Sequence record: DRR723986_4017
Strand: one strand, 5' to 3'
Length of the DNA: 28,385 nucleotides
Below are positions 17,471 to 27,401 of the stretch, in pieces (the first letter of the stretch is position 1; the number at the start of each line of letters is the position of its first letter). A program made the translations under genes and the position numbers. The notes below the pieces were generated by a model. It worked only from the letters and a program-made list of their open reading frames with translations. It ran no database searches and was not told where the DNA came from.

Positions 17471-18025
17471 ATGTCCATCATGTCCGATAAGTGGATCCGG
17501 TCTAAATGCCAGAATGAAGGTATGATTGAACCCTTTATTGACGGCCAGGTGCGCGGCGACAATATCTCATACGGGTTGTCGTCATACGGCTATGATGCGC
17601 GGGTAGCACCAGAGTTTAAAATATTCACCAACGTCGATTCCGCCGTGGTTGACCCAAAGGATTTTTCGCCCAAAAGCTTTGTTGACCGGGACAGCGACGT
17701 CTGTGTCATTCCACCAAACAGCTTTGCGCTTGCCCGCACCGTAGAATATTTCCGCATTCCCAAAGACGTGCTGGTTATCTGCCTCGGCAAATCAACCTAC
17801 GCTCGCTGCGGCATCATCGTAAATGTTACGCCGCTGGAACCCGGCTGGGAAGGCCACGTAACGCTTGAGTTTTCAAACACCACGCCGCTACCTGCCAAAA
17901 TATACGCGAACGAAGGCGGGTGCCAGTTCCTGTTCTTGCAGGGCAACGAACCGTGTGAGACCGCCTATTCTGATCGGTCGGGCAAATACCAGGGCCAGCG
18001 CGGCGTTACTCTGCCGAAACTATAG
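17471..18025 (+). CDS. dcd: dCTP deaminase
   Basis: [38 protein letters not shown] and [10 protein letters not shown] motifs. Confidence 0.98.
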   Translation: MSIMSDKWIRSKCQNEGMIEPFIDGQVRGDNISYGLSSYGYDARVAPEFKIFTNVDSAVVDPKDFSPKSFVDRDSDVCVIPPNSFALARTVEYFRIPKDVLVICLGKSTYARCGIIVNVTPLEPGWEGHVTLEFSNTTPLPAKIYANEGGCQFLFLQGNEPCETAYSDRSGKYQGQRGVTLPKL

Positions 18026-18137
18026 GGCTCAGGTTTTAAATGTCTGATTTTTGCCGCGTTGCTGCCGTTATTGCCGTGCAAAAATATGTGGTAGGCACTT
18101 CAGCTGAATGATCAGCTCTCAATAAAAAGGCACACCA

Positions 18138-19418
18138 ATGGAAAAATTAGTCATAACCGGCGGCAAGCGCCTCGAAGGCACCATAGAGATCAGCGGCGCA
18201 AAAAACGCAGCCCTGCCCCTCATGTGCACGCCGCTTCTCACCAGTGAGCCGGTTATCCTGACCAACCTGCCGCGCCTTGCTGACATCACCACACTGACCG
18301 ACCTATTGAATCATCTGGGCGTTACCGTCACTATTGCTGGCGGCGATGGCAGCGGCACCGGCGGCCGCAGCTTAACCTTTGACGCTTCCAACATCGCCGA
18401 TACGGTCGCGCCTTACGACATCGTCCGCAAAATGCGTGCATCTATTTTGGTGTTAGGCCCGCTTGTGGCCCGCATGGGAGAGGCCACCGTTTCCATGCCC
18501 GGCGGCTGCGCCATCGGCAACCGGCCCATTGATTTGCACCTAAAGGCTCTAGAATCACTCGGTGCCATCATCGAAATGGAAGACGGTTACGTGCGCGCCA
18601 GCGCGCCAGACGGCCTGAAAGGCGGCTCTGTTCGCTTCCCGTTTGTCTCCGTAGGAGCCACAGAAAATATTCTCATGACAGCTGCCCTTGCTAAAGGCAC
18701 CACAACCATTGAAAACGCCGCCCGCGAACCTGAAATTACCGACCTGGCAAAATGCCTGATAGGCATGGGTGCGCGCATCAGCGGTGCAGGCACCGAAACC
18801 ATTACCGTTGAAGGGGTGGACAAATTGCACGGCACAACCCACGCGGTTATGCCTGACCGGGTAGAGGCGGGCTCGTATGCTGTTGCAGCCCTTATGACAC
18901 GCGGTGATTTGCTCCTTAAAAACGCCCGCGCTGAAGACATGCAAGCACCGCTGGATGTTCTATCCGAGGCCGGTGCGATCATTACAAAAGAGGCAAACGG
19001 CATTCGGGTGAAATCAAATGGCCAATTAAAGGGCTTTGACATTGTCACCCAACCTTTTCCAGCATTCCCCACCGATATGCAGGCCCAGTTTATGGCGCTG
19101 GCCTCAGTGGTGGACGGTGCCAGTGTGATAACCGAAGCCATATTTGAAAACCGCTTCATGCACGTACCAGAATTATGCAGATTGGGTGCAGACATTACTG
19201 TCACCGGCTCTAGCGCCACCATTCGCGGTGTGTCATCGCTGCGCGGCGCTCAGGTTATGGCGACAGACCTGCGCGCCAGCATGAGCCTTGCGCTCGCCGG
19301 CTTAGTGGCAGACGGTGACACGGTAATCAACCGCCTGTATCACCTAGACCGCGGTTATGAGCGGTTAGAAGACAAGCTGCGCGCTGTCGGCGCCCAAATT
19401 GAACGGGTCAACGACTAA
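18138..19418 (+). CDS. murA: UDP-N-acetylglucosamine 1-carboxyvinyltransferase
   Basis: [27 protein letters not shown] (catalytic Cys), [13 protein letters not shown] and HLDRGYE motifs. Confidence 0.99.
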   Translation: MEKLVITGGKRLEGTIEISGAKNAALPLMCTPLLTSEPVILTNLPRLADITTLTDLLNHLGVTVTIAGGDGSGTGGRSLTFDASNIADTVAPYDIVRKMRASILVLGPLVARMGEATVSMPGGCAIGNRPIDLHLKALESLGAIIEMEDGYVRASAPDGLKGGSVRFPFVSVGATENILMTAALAKGTTTIENAAREPEITDLAKCLIGMGARISGAGTETITVEGVDKLHGTTHAVMPDRVEAGSYAVAALMTRGDLLLKNARAEDMQAPLDVLSEAGAIITKEANGIRVKSNGQLKGFDIVTQPFPAFPTDMQAQFMALASVVDGASVITEAIFENRFMHVPELCRLGADITVTGSSATIRGVSSLRGAQVMATDLRASMSLALAGLVADGDTVINRLYHLDRGYERLEDKLRAVGAQIERVND

Positions 19419-19448
19419 AGCACGCAAATACAAGCGGTGTTCACCGTC

Positions 19449-21017
19449 TTATTTACTAAACCCGTCTTTATAAATTTGGTCAATTAACGCGCGGTGGTCT
19501 GGCATCACGGCATTGCCGCCTTTAACAGCGCCTTCAAATTTGGCTGACTGCGCCCGCGCCAATTGCATCAAACCAAAGCGTGATTCCTGCCCCGACAAAT
19601 CAGGTAGCCTGTTCATACCGTACAGAACCTGCAAATGATTGGTTAGGCCAAACACTTGCGGAAAGCCCGAAAACTCGTAAATACCCGGCACTCTATGTTC
19701 CCAGCTATCCAATTTGTCTCTCAGGGTATCTGTCCATGATACCGGGTCAGCATTATCGCGCCAGAACTGGGTGTCTGTTCTGTCAGAGATGGCATAGTGC
19801 AATTTGATAAAGTCGATAATGTCCGTGTAGGTCGCATTCATGCGGCTGTTGAACTCTTTGGCCGACAGCTCAAATTTGTCGGTGGTCGATATAAATTCAG
19901 CCAACCAACGCAGCGATATATCAACCAAATAAATGCCTGTGGATTCTAGCGGCTCAATAAAGCCCGCTGACAAGCCGACAGACACACAGTTACGGTGCCA
20001 TTGCTGCTTTCTTTTGCCGGTGCGTATTTTGATGTGTGATACTTTGATATCCTCACCTTGCGCGCCTAACTGCGCCCTCACAAGCTTCTCGGCGGTGTCT
20101 TTATCGGTATATTTACTCGAGTAAACATAGCCAAAACCCCGGCGGTCATTCAGCGGAATGTCCCATGTCCATCCGGCTTCATGCGCTGTTGCTGTTGTAT
20201 AGGGCGGGATAGCACATTTTTGGTCCAGATACGGAACCTGACACGCAACCGCGCTATCGCAGAACAATACATCGTTCATACCGGTAAATTCGGTGCCCAT
20301 CGCTTCTTCAATCAGGCGGGCCCTGAAACCGGTGCAATCAATATACAGGTCTGCTGTTAGCTCGCCCTGTTCGGCAGTTTTGACATGAGAAATGTCGCCG
20401 TTTTCAGCGATACCAACGTCCTCAACCGTGCCAATCAGGTGCTTGACACCAATGGTTTTACCGTGGGCTTTCAACAGCTCCGCAAGGCGACCTGCATCAA
20501 AATGATAGGCATATTGCAGCGGCCCTTGATACTGAACATCATTAATGCGTTTCGGGCCCTTGCCTGCATCAATCACACCGCCTTCAATCATCGAATAGTC
20601 AACGTAGCTTTTGCCGGAGCGCTCGCGGTCCAATACCCAGTAAGGCGCCATCAATTCGCCCTCAACCTGATTAAAAGCCCCAAAGGTATGGTAATAACTA
20701 TGGACGATTTCACCCGGTGCGGCACCACCCTCAGCGCTGCTGCCCTTCATCCAATTGTCAAACTTAATGGCAAGCTTGAAGGTAGCTGAAGATGCCCGCA
20801 TAAACTCAGCTTCATCAAAACCGAGAGCCGCAACCAGCGTCCTGATCGGTGGCACAGTTGCCTCACCCACGCCGACAGTTGGAATATCGCTGGATTCGAC
20901 AAGCGAAATTTCAACGCCGCCCTCACGGTTAGCACCTAATTTTTTTGCCAAATAGTTGGCAGCGAACCAGCCGGACGTACCCCCGCCTACAATGAGTATT
21001 TTCTTAACTTGCGACAT
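19449..21017 (-). CDS. Flavin-dependent halogenase (tryptophan halogenase family)
   Basis: GGGTSGW FAD motif, GVGEAT, ATFK (catalytic Lys position), YAYHFDA, WTWDIP (WxWxIP) and FIEPLESTG motifs; AAGGGG RBS. Confidence 0.95.
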   Translation of the reverse strand: MSQVKKILIVGGGTSGWFAANYLAKKLGANREGGVEISLVESSDIPTVGVGEATVPPIRTLVAALGFDEAEFMRASSATFKLAIKFDNWMKGSSAEGGAAPGEIVHSYYHTFGAFNQVEGELMAPYWVLDRERSGKSYVDYSMIEGGVIDAGKGPKRINDVQYQGPLQYAYHFDAGRLAELLKAHGKTIGVKHLIGTVEDVGIAENGDISHVKTAEQGELTADLYIDCTGFRARLIEEAMGTEFTGMNDVLFCDSAVACQVPYLDQKCAIPPYTTATAHEAGWTWDIPLNDRRGFGYVYSSKYTDKDTAEKLVRAQLGAQGEDIKVSHIKIRTGKRKQQWHRNCVSVGLSAGFIEPLESTGIYLVDISLRWLAEFISTTDKFELSAKEFNSRMNATYTDIIDFIKLHYAISDRTDTQFWRDNADPVSWTDTLRDKLDSWEHRVPGIYEFSGFPQVFGLTNHLQVLYGMNRLPDLSGQESRFGLMQLARAQSAKFEGAVKGGNAVMPDHRALIDQIYKDGFSK

Positions 21018-21184
21018 AGCTTACCCCTTTTGAGCTATAGAGCGCAGCAGCAGCCAATCTGTCAAGCGGCGCAGGTTATTTTGACTGGGCTATTTTGCCG
21101 CGCCTGAATGGCAATATACCCTGCTTTCCAAGCCATTGGCCAATCACCACCGTGTACGCGATTTGATTGTTTTGTTAATAGAGC

Positions 21185-21213
21185 CTTGAAGGCCAGCCAG
21201 CCAGCGCTTACAT
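21185..21213 (+). promoter_or_regulatory. RpoH-like promoter upstream of DUF2948-hisG-hisD
   Basis: CTTGAA-N16-CTTACAT, 46 nt upstream of the ATG at 21260. Confidence 0.5.
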
Positions 21214-21259
21214 TGCACCTCAAAAGCGCACCCAAGCCTGAAATGTAAGCATATTATAT

Positions 21260-21694
21260 ATGATTAAAGCTTTAAAACTGATCGCCCAAACACCTGACGA
21301 TCTGACCGTTATTTCCAGCCTGATGCAAGATACAACCGTTCTTGTCGGCGATATGGCGTGGCTACCCAAAGATCAACAGTTTGCTTTGGTTGGCAATCGC
21401 TATCGGTGGGAGAAAAAAGGCTGGTTCCGCCGCCCGAAAGGCGAGCGCGTGCGCACGGCCATGCATTTCACTGGCATAAACAGCGCACAGCTAACCGGCA
21501 TAGACCTAAGTCAAAAAGAAGTAGTTCTCGACCTTTTGAACATTGAAGCCCATGAAACGGGGGTGGGTGTCAGCATTTTGTTGAATTTTGCCGGAGAAGC
21601 CAGCATAAGGCTTTCGGCGGAGGCAATAGATGCGGTGGTTACAGACCTGTCAGATGCATGGAGCGCGAAAGCACGCCCTCATCATAAAGACTAG
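21260..21694 (+). CDS. DUF2948 family protein
   Basis: LKLIAQTPDDLTVISSLMQD, FALVGNRYRWE, FAGEASIRL and W...RPHH motifs; usual position between murA and hisD. Confidence 0.92.
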   Translation: MIKALKLIAQTPDDLTVISSLMQDTTVLVGDMAWLPKDQQFALVGNRYRWEKKGWFRRPKGERVRTAMHFTGINSAQLTGIDLSQKEVVLDLLNIEAHETGVGVSILLNFAGEASIRLSAEAIDAVVTDLSDAWSAKARPHHKD

Positions 21695-21769
21695 GTATAA
21701 AGACGAACCACTAAATTTAAGTATAAGGTCAACGTCGGGTAAACCAACGTAAACTCTGATGGAATATCA

Positions 21770-22438
21770 ATGAAATTAAGTGAAAAGCTTGTATTGGCCC
21801 TACCCAAAGGGCGTATCCTCGGCGAAGTGATGCCGCTTGTGCGCGCTGCAGGCATTGAGCCTGAAGCCGCCTTTGATGACCCCAAATCACGGCTGCTTGA
21901 GTTTAACACCAACATTGACGGGCTGACCATCATTCGCGTTCGTGCCTTCGATGCGGCAACCTTTGTGGCCTTCGGTGCCGCCCATATGGGCGTTGTTGGC
22001 AACGATGTATTGCAAGAGTTTGGCTATTCAGACCTCTACTCTCCACTTGATTTAGACATTGGCCATTGCCGCCTGTCCCTTGCTATGCCGGAAGGTGAAA
22101 CCGGCACCGACCCCAAAGAATGGTCTCACATTCGGGTAGCAACAAAATACCCGAATTTAACCAGCGCTTATTACGCAGAGCGCGGGGTGCAAGCCGAATG
22201 CATTAAATTGAACGGCGCAATGGAATTGGCGCCAAGCCTTGGCTTGTCAAAGCGAATCGTGGACTTGGTTTCAACCGGCAGCACGCTGAAGGCCAACAAG
22301 CTGAAAGAAGTTGAGGTTTTAACCGATATCACATCGCGGCTGGTGGTTAATCGCCCTGCGTTTAAAACCCGCCCCCAGGAAGTAACCTACTGGATTGACC
22401 GTTTCAGAGAGGCGCTCGCCGATGGCACAAAGGCTTGA
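21770..22438 (+). CDS. hisG: ATP phosphoribosyltransferase, short form (HisZ-dependent)
   Basis: [23 protein letters not shown] and [14 protein letters not shown] motifs; 222 aa with no C-terminal regulatory domain. Confidence 0.97.
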   Translation: MKLSEKLVLALPKGRILGEVMPLVRAAGIEPEAAFDDPKSRLLEFNTNIDGLTIIRVRAFDAATFVAFGAAHMGVVGNDVLQEFGYSDLYSPLDLDIGHCRLSLAMPEGETGTDPKEWSHIRVATKYPNLTSAYYAERGVQAECIKLNGAMELAPSLGLSKRIVDLVSTGSTLKANKLKEVEVLTDITSRLVVNRPAFKTRPQEVTYWIDRFREALADGTKA

Positions 22439-23717
22439 TAACCGCACAGCCGACTTTGAAGAAAAATTCGCAGCCCTGCTAGAGCAAAGCCGGGAAACGT
22501 CGGCGGACGTGCGCGCTGTGGTAGTGGATGTTTTATCCAGCGTAAAATCGCGCGGCGATGATGCTGTGTTTGACTTAACCGAAAAATTTGACCGCTATGA
22601 CGCCCGTTCAAAAGGGCTGGCAATATCAGAAGCAGAAATTACCGCCGCTTGGGACAGCGTAAGCGATGAGGTAAAGCACGCCCTGCAAACAGCGGCAGAC
22701 CGCATTAAAGCCTTTCATCAAAAGCAATTGCCTGCCGACTTAGACTATACCGACGAAGCCGGTGTGCGCCTTGGTCAGGCGTGGAAAAGCGTTGAGGCTG
22801 TTGGCCTTTATGTACCGGGTGGGCTGGCAAGTTATCCGTCCAGCGTGTTGATGAATGCGGTCCCTGCTCATGTTGCTGGGGTGGAACGCATTGTGATGAC
22901 TGTACCAACGCCAGACGACACGCTTAATCCATTAGTATTGGCCGCTGCCAAATTGGCGGGTGTTACAGAAATATACCGGGTTGGCGGCGCGCAAGCAGTG
23001 GCAGCACTGGCATACGGCACCAAAACAATTGCGCCGGTGGACAAGATTGTTGGCCCCGGCAACGCCTATGTGGCTGAAGCCAAACGTCAGGTTTTTGGTA
23101 CTGTGGGCATAGACAGCATTGCAGGCCCTAGTGAAATTCTGGTGATCGCTGACAATAAAACCGACCCGCGATGGATTGCCGCCGACCTGTTGTCTCAGGC
23201 TGAACACGACAGCGTCGCCCAAAGCGTGCTGATCACCGATGATCCGGCATATGCCAAAATGGTGGAAGATGCGGTTGAAGATCATTTGGCCGGGTTAGCG
23301 CGGCGCGACATCGCTGCCGCCAGCTGGCGTGACTATGGTGCAATCATTATTGTGGCTGACCTGGAAGACGCTGTTGCCCTTACTGACCGCTATGCGCCCG
23401 AACATTTGGAGCTGGCGATTGACAACGCCGAGGCGATGCGCCGTAAAATCCGGAATGCGGGGGCGGTGTTTGTCGGCAGGCACACACCTGAAGCCATTGG
23501 TGATTATGTCGCCGGGCCAAACCATGTGCTGCCAACTTCGCGCACCGCGCGCTTTTCCAGCGGCTTGAGCGTGTATGATTTCATGAAGCGTACAACCTTT
23601 GTTGAGTGCGATGCGACCAGCCTGAACCACATTGGCCCGGCCGCCGCTACCCTTGCAAACGAAGAAGGGCTTGGCGCACACGCACTTTCTGTTACCATCC
23701 GGCTTGATGATGCGTAA
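22422..23717 (+). CDS. hisD: Histidinol dehydrogenase
   Basis: [42 protein letters not shown] and GPNHVLPT motifs. Start set at ATG 22422, overlapping hisG by 17 nt. Confidence 0.98.
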   Translation: MAQRLDNRTADFEEKFAALLEQSRETSADVRAVVVDVLSSVKSRGDDAVFDLTEKFDRYDARSKGLAISEAEITAAWDSVSDEVKHALQTAADRIKAFHQKQLPADLDYTDEAGVRLGQAWKSVEAVGLYVPGGLASYPSSVLMNAVPAHVAGVERIVMTVPTPDDTLNPLVLAAAKLAGVTEIYRVGGAQAVAALAYGTKTIAPVDKIVGPGNAYVAEAKRQVFGTVGIDSIAGPSEILVIADNKTDPRWIAADLLSQAEHDSVAQSVLITDDPAYAKMVEDAVEDHLAGLARRDIAAASWRDYGAIIIVADLEDAVALTDRYAPEHLELAIDNAEAMRRKIRNAGAVFVGRHTPEAIGDYVAGPNHVLPTSRTARFSSGLSVYDFMKRTTFVECDATSLNHIGPAAATLANEEGLGAHALSVTIRLDDA

Positions 23718-23749
23718 GCAATGAGTGACACCTGTGGCAAAGTACCCTT

Positions 23750-24247
23750 ATGAGCACCCGTAAACTTATCGATGTTACGCTTGACCAATCGACCGTGGTT
23801 CGCTGGAGCGCGGACGTTGAGCACGAGCGGCGCATCGCAATTTTTGACCTGCTGGAAGACAACAGCTTTCATCTGTTGCGCTCGGCCGACGAAAGCTATG
23901 AAGGCCCCTATAAATTACATTTGGGTACTATTGAAGGCCGGCTTCAATTTGATGTTAAGAATACGGATGATCAGCTTTTGATGAGCTTCCGCCTTGCCAT
24001 GACACCGTTTAGGCGAATCATCCGTGAGTATTTCGCCATTTGCGATAGCTATTATGAAGCGATCAAAACTGCGTCCCCTTCACAAATTGAAGCCATTGAT
24101 ATGGGCCGGCGCGGCCTGCACAATGAAGGCAGCACTCTGTTGATGGAACGACTGGAAGGCAAGCTGGATATAGACATGCCCACCGCACGGCGCTTATTCA
24201 CGCTGGTGTGCGTTCTGCACCTTAAAGATGGCAGGGGTCCAAGATGA
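23750..24247 (+). CDS. UPF0262 family protein
   Basis: EHERRIAIFDLLEDN, YFAICDSYYEAI, IEAIDMGRRGLHNEG and TARRLFTLVCVLH motifs. Confidence 0.95.
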   Translation: MSTRKLIDVTLDQSTVVRWSADVEHERRIAIFDLLEDNSFHLLRSADESYEGPYKLHLGTIEGRLQFDVKNTDDQLLMSFRLAMTPFRRIIREYFAICDSYYEAIKTASPSQIEAIDMGRRGLHNEGSTLLMERLEGKLDIDMPTARRLFTLVCVLHLKDGRGPR

Positions 24248-24702
24248 CAGATGCTTCGCGCCCCAAACCCGCAAAAATTCAAAGCGTGCTGTTTGTCTGC
24301 AACCAAAACGCCGTACGCAGCCCTATGGCCGAGGCCCTAGCCAACCGTCACTGCAAACGCAGGGTATTTGTCGAATCGGTGGGATTGGTTGCTGGCAACC
24401 TTGACCCCTTTTCAGTCGCCGCCATGCAAGAAGAGGGTATGGATATTTCTGATCACCAACCCAAACCCATTGGCGCGATTGATACCAGCCTATTTGACCT
24501 GATTATCGCGCTTACACCGGAAAGCCGAGACCATATCGAAAAGACCCGGGGAAAGGGACAATTCGAGCTGGAATATTGGCCAACCCCGGACCCATCTGAT
24601 GCCGAAGGTAATCGCAATCAAGTGATTGACAGTTACCGTTTGGTCCGTGACAGGTTAGAAGTACGCATTGCGGATAAATTGACTTTCGAATCAAAAAACT
24701 AG
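24244..24702 (+). CDS. Low molecular weight phosphatase / ArsC-fold protein
   Basis: P-loop VLFVCNQNAVRSPMAE, FDLIIAL and WPTPDP motifs; ATGA overlap with the UPF0262 gene. Confidence 0.9.
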   Translation: MTDASRPKPAKIQSVLFVCNQNAVRSPMAEALANRHCKRRVFVESVGLVAGNLDPFSVAAMQEEGMDISDHQPKPIGAIDTSLFDLIIALTPESRDHIEKTRGKGQFELEYWPTPDPSDAEGNRNQVIDSYRLVRDRLEVRIADKLTFESKN

Positions 24703-24858
24703 GCTTTTGGCTCTGATTTTTTGGCAAAATGTTGCAATTTCCCCCATTCTCCTTCGAATTTTGACGATAAATCATCGATTTTCCCGGCAAAACAGTTGCT
24801 TTTTCGGGTCAACCTCGTCATGTATGTGCGCAAATTATCAGCCATAACAGGAGACAAA

Positions 24859-25077
24859 ATGGCTAAAGAAGAAGTTCTCGAAATGCGCGGCACAGTAACC
24901 GAACTGCTGCCAAACGCCATGTTCCGAGTGAAGCTTGAAAACGACCATGAAATTCTAGGTCACACTGCTGGCAAAATGCGCAAAAACCGCATTCGCGTGC
25001 TGGCAGGCGATGATGTTTTGGTTGAACTCACGCCCTACGACCTGACCAAAGGTCGCATTACTTACCGCTTCAAATAA
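24859..25077 (+). CDS. infA: Translation initiation factor IF-1
   Basis: [28 protein letters not shown]...[14 protein letters not shown]...[14 protein letters not shown]; 72 aa; AGGAG RBS. Confidence 0.99.
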   Translation: MAKEEVLEMRGTVTELLPNAMFRVKLENDHEILGHTAGKMRKNRIRVLAGDDVLVELTPYDLTKGRITYRFK

Positions 25078-25092
25078 AAAGGTTGGTGGGCA

Positions 25093-25716
25093 ATGACCAC
25101 CCCTAACCCTGAAAGCGTGCCAGGGCGTATACCCAATGGCGCGCTGGTGCTGGCATCTGCATCGCCTCGGCGGCTAGACTTGCTGGGCCAAATCAACGTG
25201 CAACCCGCTGAAATTGCGCCTGCCAACATCGACGAAACACCCACTAAAGGCGAGTTACCCAAAGTTTATGCCGAACGCATGGCGTTTGAAAAAGCTGCCG
25301 CTATCGCTCCGCAGTATCAAAGGCAATTGGTGCTGGGCGCAGACACTGTTGTTGCCTGCGGCAAACGTATTTTACCCAAAGCCGAATGTGAGGCCAGCGC
25401 GCGGCAATGTCTAACCTTGCTTTCCGGGCGCAGGCACAAAGTTATCTCCGGCATTTCACTGGCACTGCCCGGTGGCCGTCAACTGGTAAAATCAGTCTCA
25501 ACTATTGTTACCTTCAAACGCTTGTCAGCGGCAGAAATAGACCACTATATCGCGTCAAATGAATGGCACGGCAAAGCAGGCGGCTACGGTATTCAAGGCC
25601 TGGCCGCACAGTATATTCGTTTCATTTCCGGCTCTTACTCCAACGTTGTTGGCTTGCCACTGTTTGAGGTTGGCGGCTGGCTTTCCGCCCATTTGAAAGC
25701 ACAGACAGATGACTGA
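25093..25716 (+). CDS. maf: Maf family nucleoside triphosphate pyrophosphatase
   Basis: LVLASASPRR, GADTVV, KAGGYGIQG and SYSNVVGLP motifs. Confidence 0.96.
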   Translation: MTTPNPESVPGRIPNGALVLASASPRRLDLLGQINVQPAEIAPANIDETPTKGELPKVYAERMAFEKAAAIAPQYQRQLVLGADTVVACGKRILPKAECEASARQCLTLLSGRRHKVISGISLALPGGRQLVKSVSTIVTFKRLSAAEIDHYIASNEWHGKAGGYGIQGLAAQYIRFISGSYSNVVGLPLFEVGGWLSAHLKAQTDD

Positions 25717-27109
25717 AACATCGCTTACCATCATTGAGCCCGGCATCGGTGGCTGGCGTAGCGCTGACATTGATGATGACGGCTTGCCCACTGACCTAAG
25801 GTTTCATGATGATACTGCGCTAAGCCCGCTGGACGGTGTTTTCGCCGCGCGTATCACCGCCGTTGACACCACCAATGACCTTGCCTTTGCTGACCTGGGC
25901 GGCGGCCTAACCGGCTGCATGAATTTGCGCCGAGCGAAAGCATTGGTGAAAGGCGCAGTTCAATCCATCAGTGAATGCGTCACTGAAGGCCAACGCCTTT
26001 TGGTGCAGGTGGTATCGGAGCCCAGCACGCTAGATGCCAAGGCCCTGACTATAACGCCAAAGCCCCGCATTCTTGGTCGTTATGTGGTGGTTGAAGCTGG
26101 CAGCAGACGGTTAAATTTTTCCAAAGACCTGTCACCAAAGGCAGTTAAAAGCCTGACCAGTGAACTTACCCCCTTCAAAGAAGTGGCGGCGATCATCGTG
26201 CGCTCTAGCGCCGCGGCTGTACCCGCAGGTGTGGTGGCGGCAGAAGCAAAAGCCTTGGCTGAAATCGTGGCGACAGCACCTGATAAAACCGGCCAGGTTT
26301 TTTGCCGCTCACCGCTGGAAAAGGCCCTTCTGTCTGCGCCCGCAAATGCCGCTGATATTCAAATTGAAGGGGGCACAGCCTTCGCTGAGGCCAAAACCGT
26401 TGCCCAACACCAGTGGCCAGACCTGTTGGATAAGTTAAACCTTTATAAAGGAACACAAGCAGCCTTTGAGCATTACGGTGTTAATGAAGCCATTGAGGAA
26501 GCACTAAGCCCGCGCATTGAACTGCCTTCAGGCGGCTGGATTAACATTACAGAAACCCCTGCCCTGACGGTGGTAGACGTAAATCTGGGCAGCGCCTTAA
26601 AAGGCCGCAGTGCCAGCGACGCAAAGGTAATCGTAAATCTTGAAGCCGCGCTGGCGACCCTCTACCACCTGCGTTTTCAGGATATCGGCGGGCTGGTGGT
26701 GGTGGACTTTATTAACATGACAGCCAAGGGCGCCACTCGTGAGTTGATGCAGCTGATCGAGAAAACTGCCCGCACAGACCGAGTGCCCGTGCAGCACACT
26801 GGTATCTCTACTTTCGGCATGGTGGAATTTGCCCGCAAACGCAGTGGTGTTTCGCTCAAAGGGCGCATGCAAGTAACCCTGCCTCCTCGCATGCGTGCCA
26901 GCAGCGTAGCGATCGACCTATTGCGCCGGGGTGAGCGAATCGGCCAAACGGCCAGTGGCGGTAACAGCGCATTAATTGTATCCGGGCCAGAACCCGTCGT
27001 CGGCTGGTTACGCGCGCACCAAGCTTATGTGGATGAGCTATCTACAAAAACCAAACGCCCCGTTGAGCTGATGCTAGGCGCCAGCCCTGACGTGTTTCTG
27101 CGTAACTAA
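25709..27109 (+). CDS. Ribonuclease E/G family protein (divergent)
   Basis: S1-like AFADLG...[50 protein letters not shown] and [10 protein letters not shown] motifs; directly downstream of maf. Confidence 0.92.
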   Translation: MTETSLTIIEPGIGGWRSADIDDDGLPTDLRFHDDTALSPLDGVFAARITAVDTTNDLAFADLGGGLTGCMNLRRAKALVKGAVQSISECVTEGQRLLVQVVSEPSTLDAKALTITPKPRILGRYVVVEAGSRRLNFSKDLSPKAVKSLTSELTPFKEVAAIIVRSSAAAVPAGVVAAEAKALAEIVATAPDKTGQVFCRSPLEKALLSAPANAADIQIEGGTAFAEAKTVAQHQWPDLLDKLNLYKGTQAAFEHYGVNEAIEEALSPRIELPSGGWINITETPALTVVDVNLGSALKGRSASDAKVIVNLEAALATLYHLRFQDIGGLVVVDFINMTAKGATRELMQLIEKTARTDRVPVQHTGISTFGMVEFARKRSGVSLKGRMQVTLPPRMRASSVAIDLLRRGERIGQTASGGNSALIVSGPEPVVGWLRAHQAYVDELSTKTKRPVELMLGASPDVFLRN

Positions 27110-27123
27110 CCCGAGTGATGTTT

Positions 27124-27309
27124 ATGAAAACACCCGCAAAAAAGCCCGCTAAATCAAAGTGCCCTCAGTGCAGTAAACCTGTTGTGCAGGCCTACCGGCC
27201 TTTTTGCAGCAAACACTGTGCAGACCTTGATTTAGGCAAATGGCTGAATGAAAGCTATGTGCTACCTGGCGATAGCGAAATTCCCGATGTTATCGGCGAA
27301 GAAAATTAA
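27124..27309 (+). CDS. yacG: DNA gyrase inhibitor YacG
   Basis: CPQC...[22 protein letters not shown] zinc finger. Alternative starts at 27115 and 27118. Confidence 0.95.
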   Translation: MKTPAKKPAKSKCPQCSKPVVQAYRPFCSKHCADLDLGKWLNESYVLPGDSEIPDVIGEEN

Positions 27310-27401
27310 ATTTCTTTAATCTAAAGTTTATCTCTTGATTATCGCGTTTGTCTACTTATGTAGAAAAACATAAAAAAAACAACACAGCGACGGATCAACA
27401 C

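Noticed and set aside
18079..18094. Second NrdR-like motif upstream of murA (CTACCACATATTTTTG on the minus strand)
   Set aside because: It lacks the conserved G of the TwG half-site, more likely overlaps the murA promoter, and murA is not a dNTP gene.
18587..19222. Long antisense ORFs, e.g. 211 aa opposite murA and 186 aa at 6931-7491
   Set aside because: These are typical antisense shadows of real genes produced by codon bias; no motifs or RBS.
24721..24858. N-terminal extension of IF-1 in the ORF track (likewise for htpG, DUF4340, the ABC ATPase, DUF2794, hisD and the hydrolase)
   Set aside because: These come from taking the most upstream possible start; RBS position, signal peptides or family length support the downstream starts used here.
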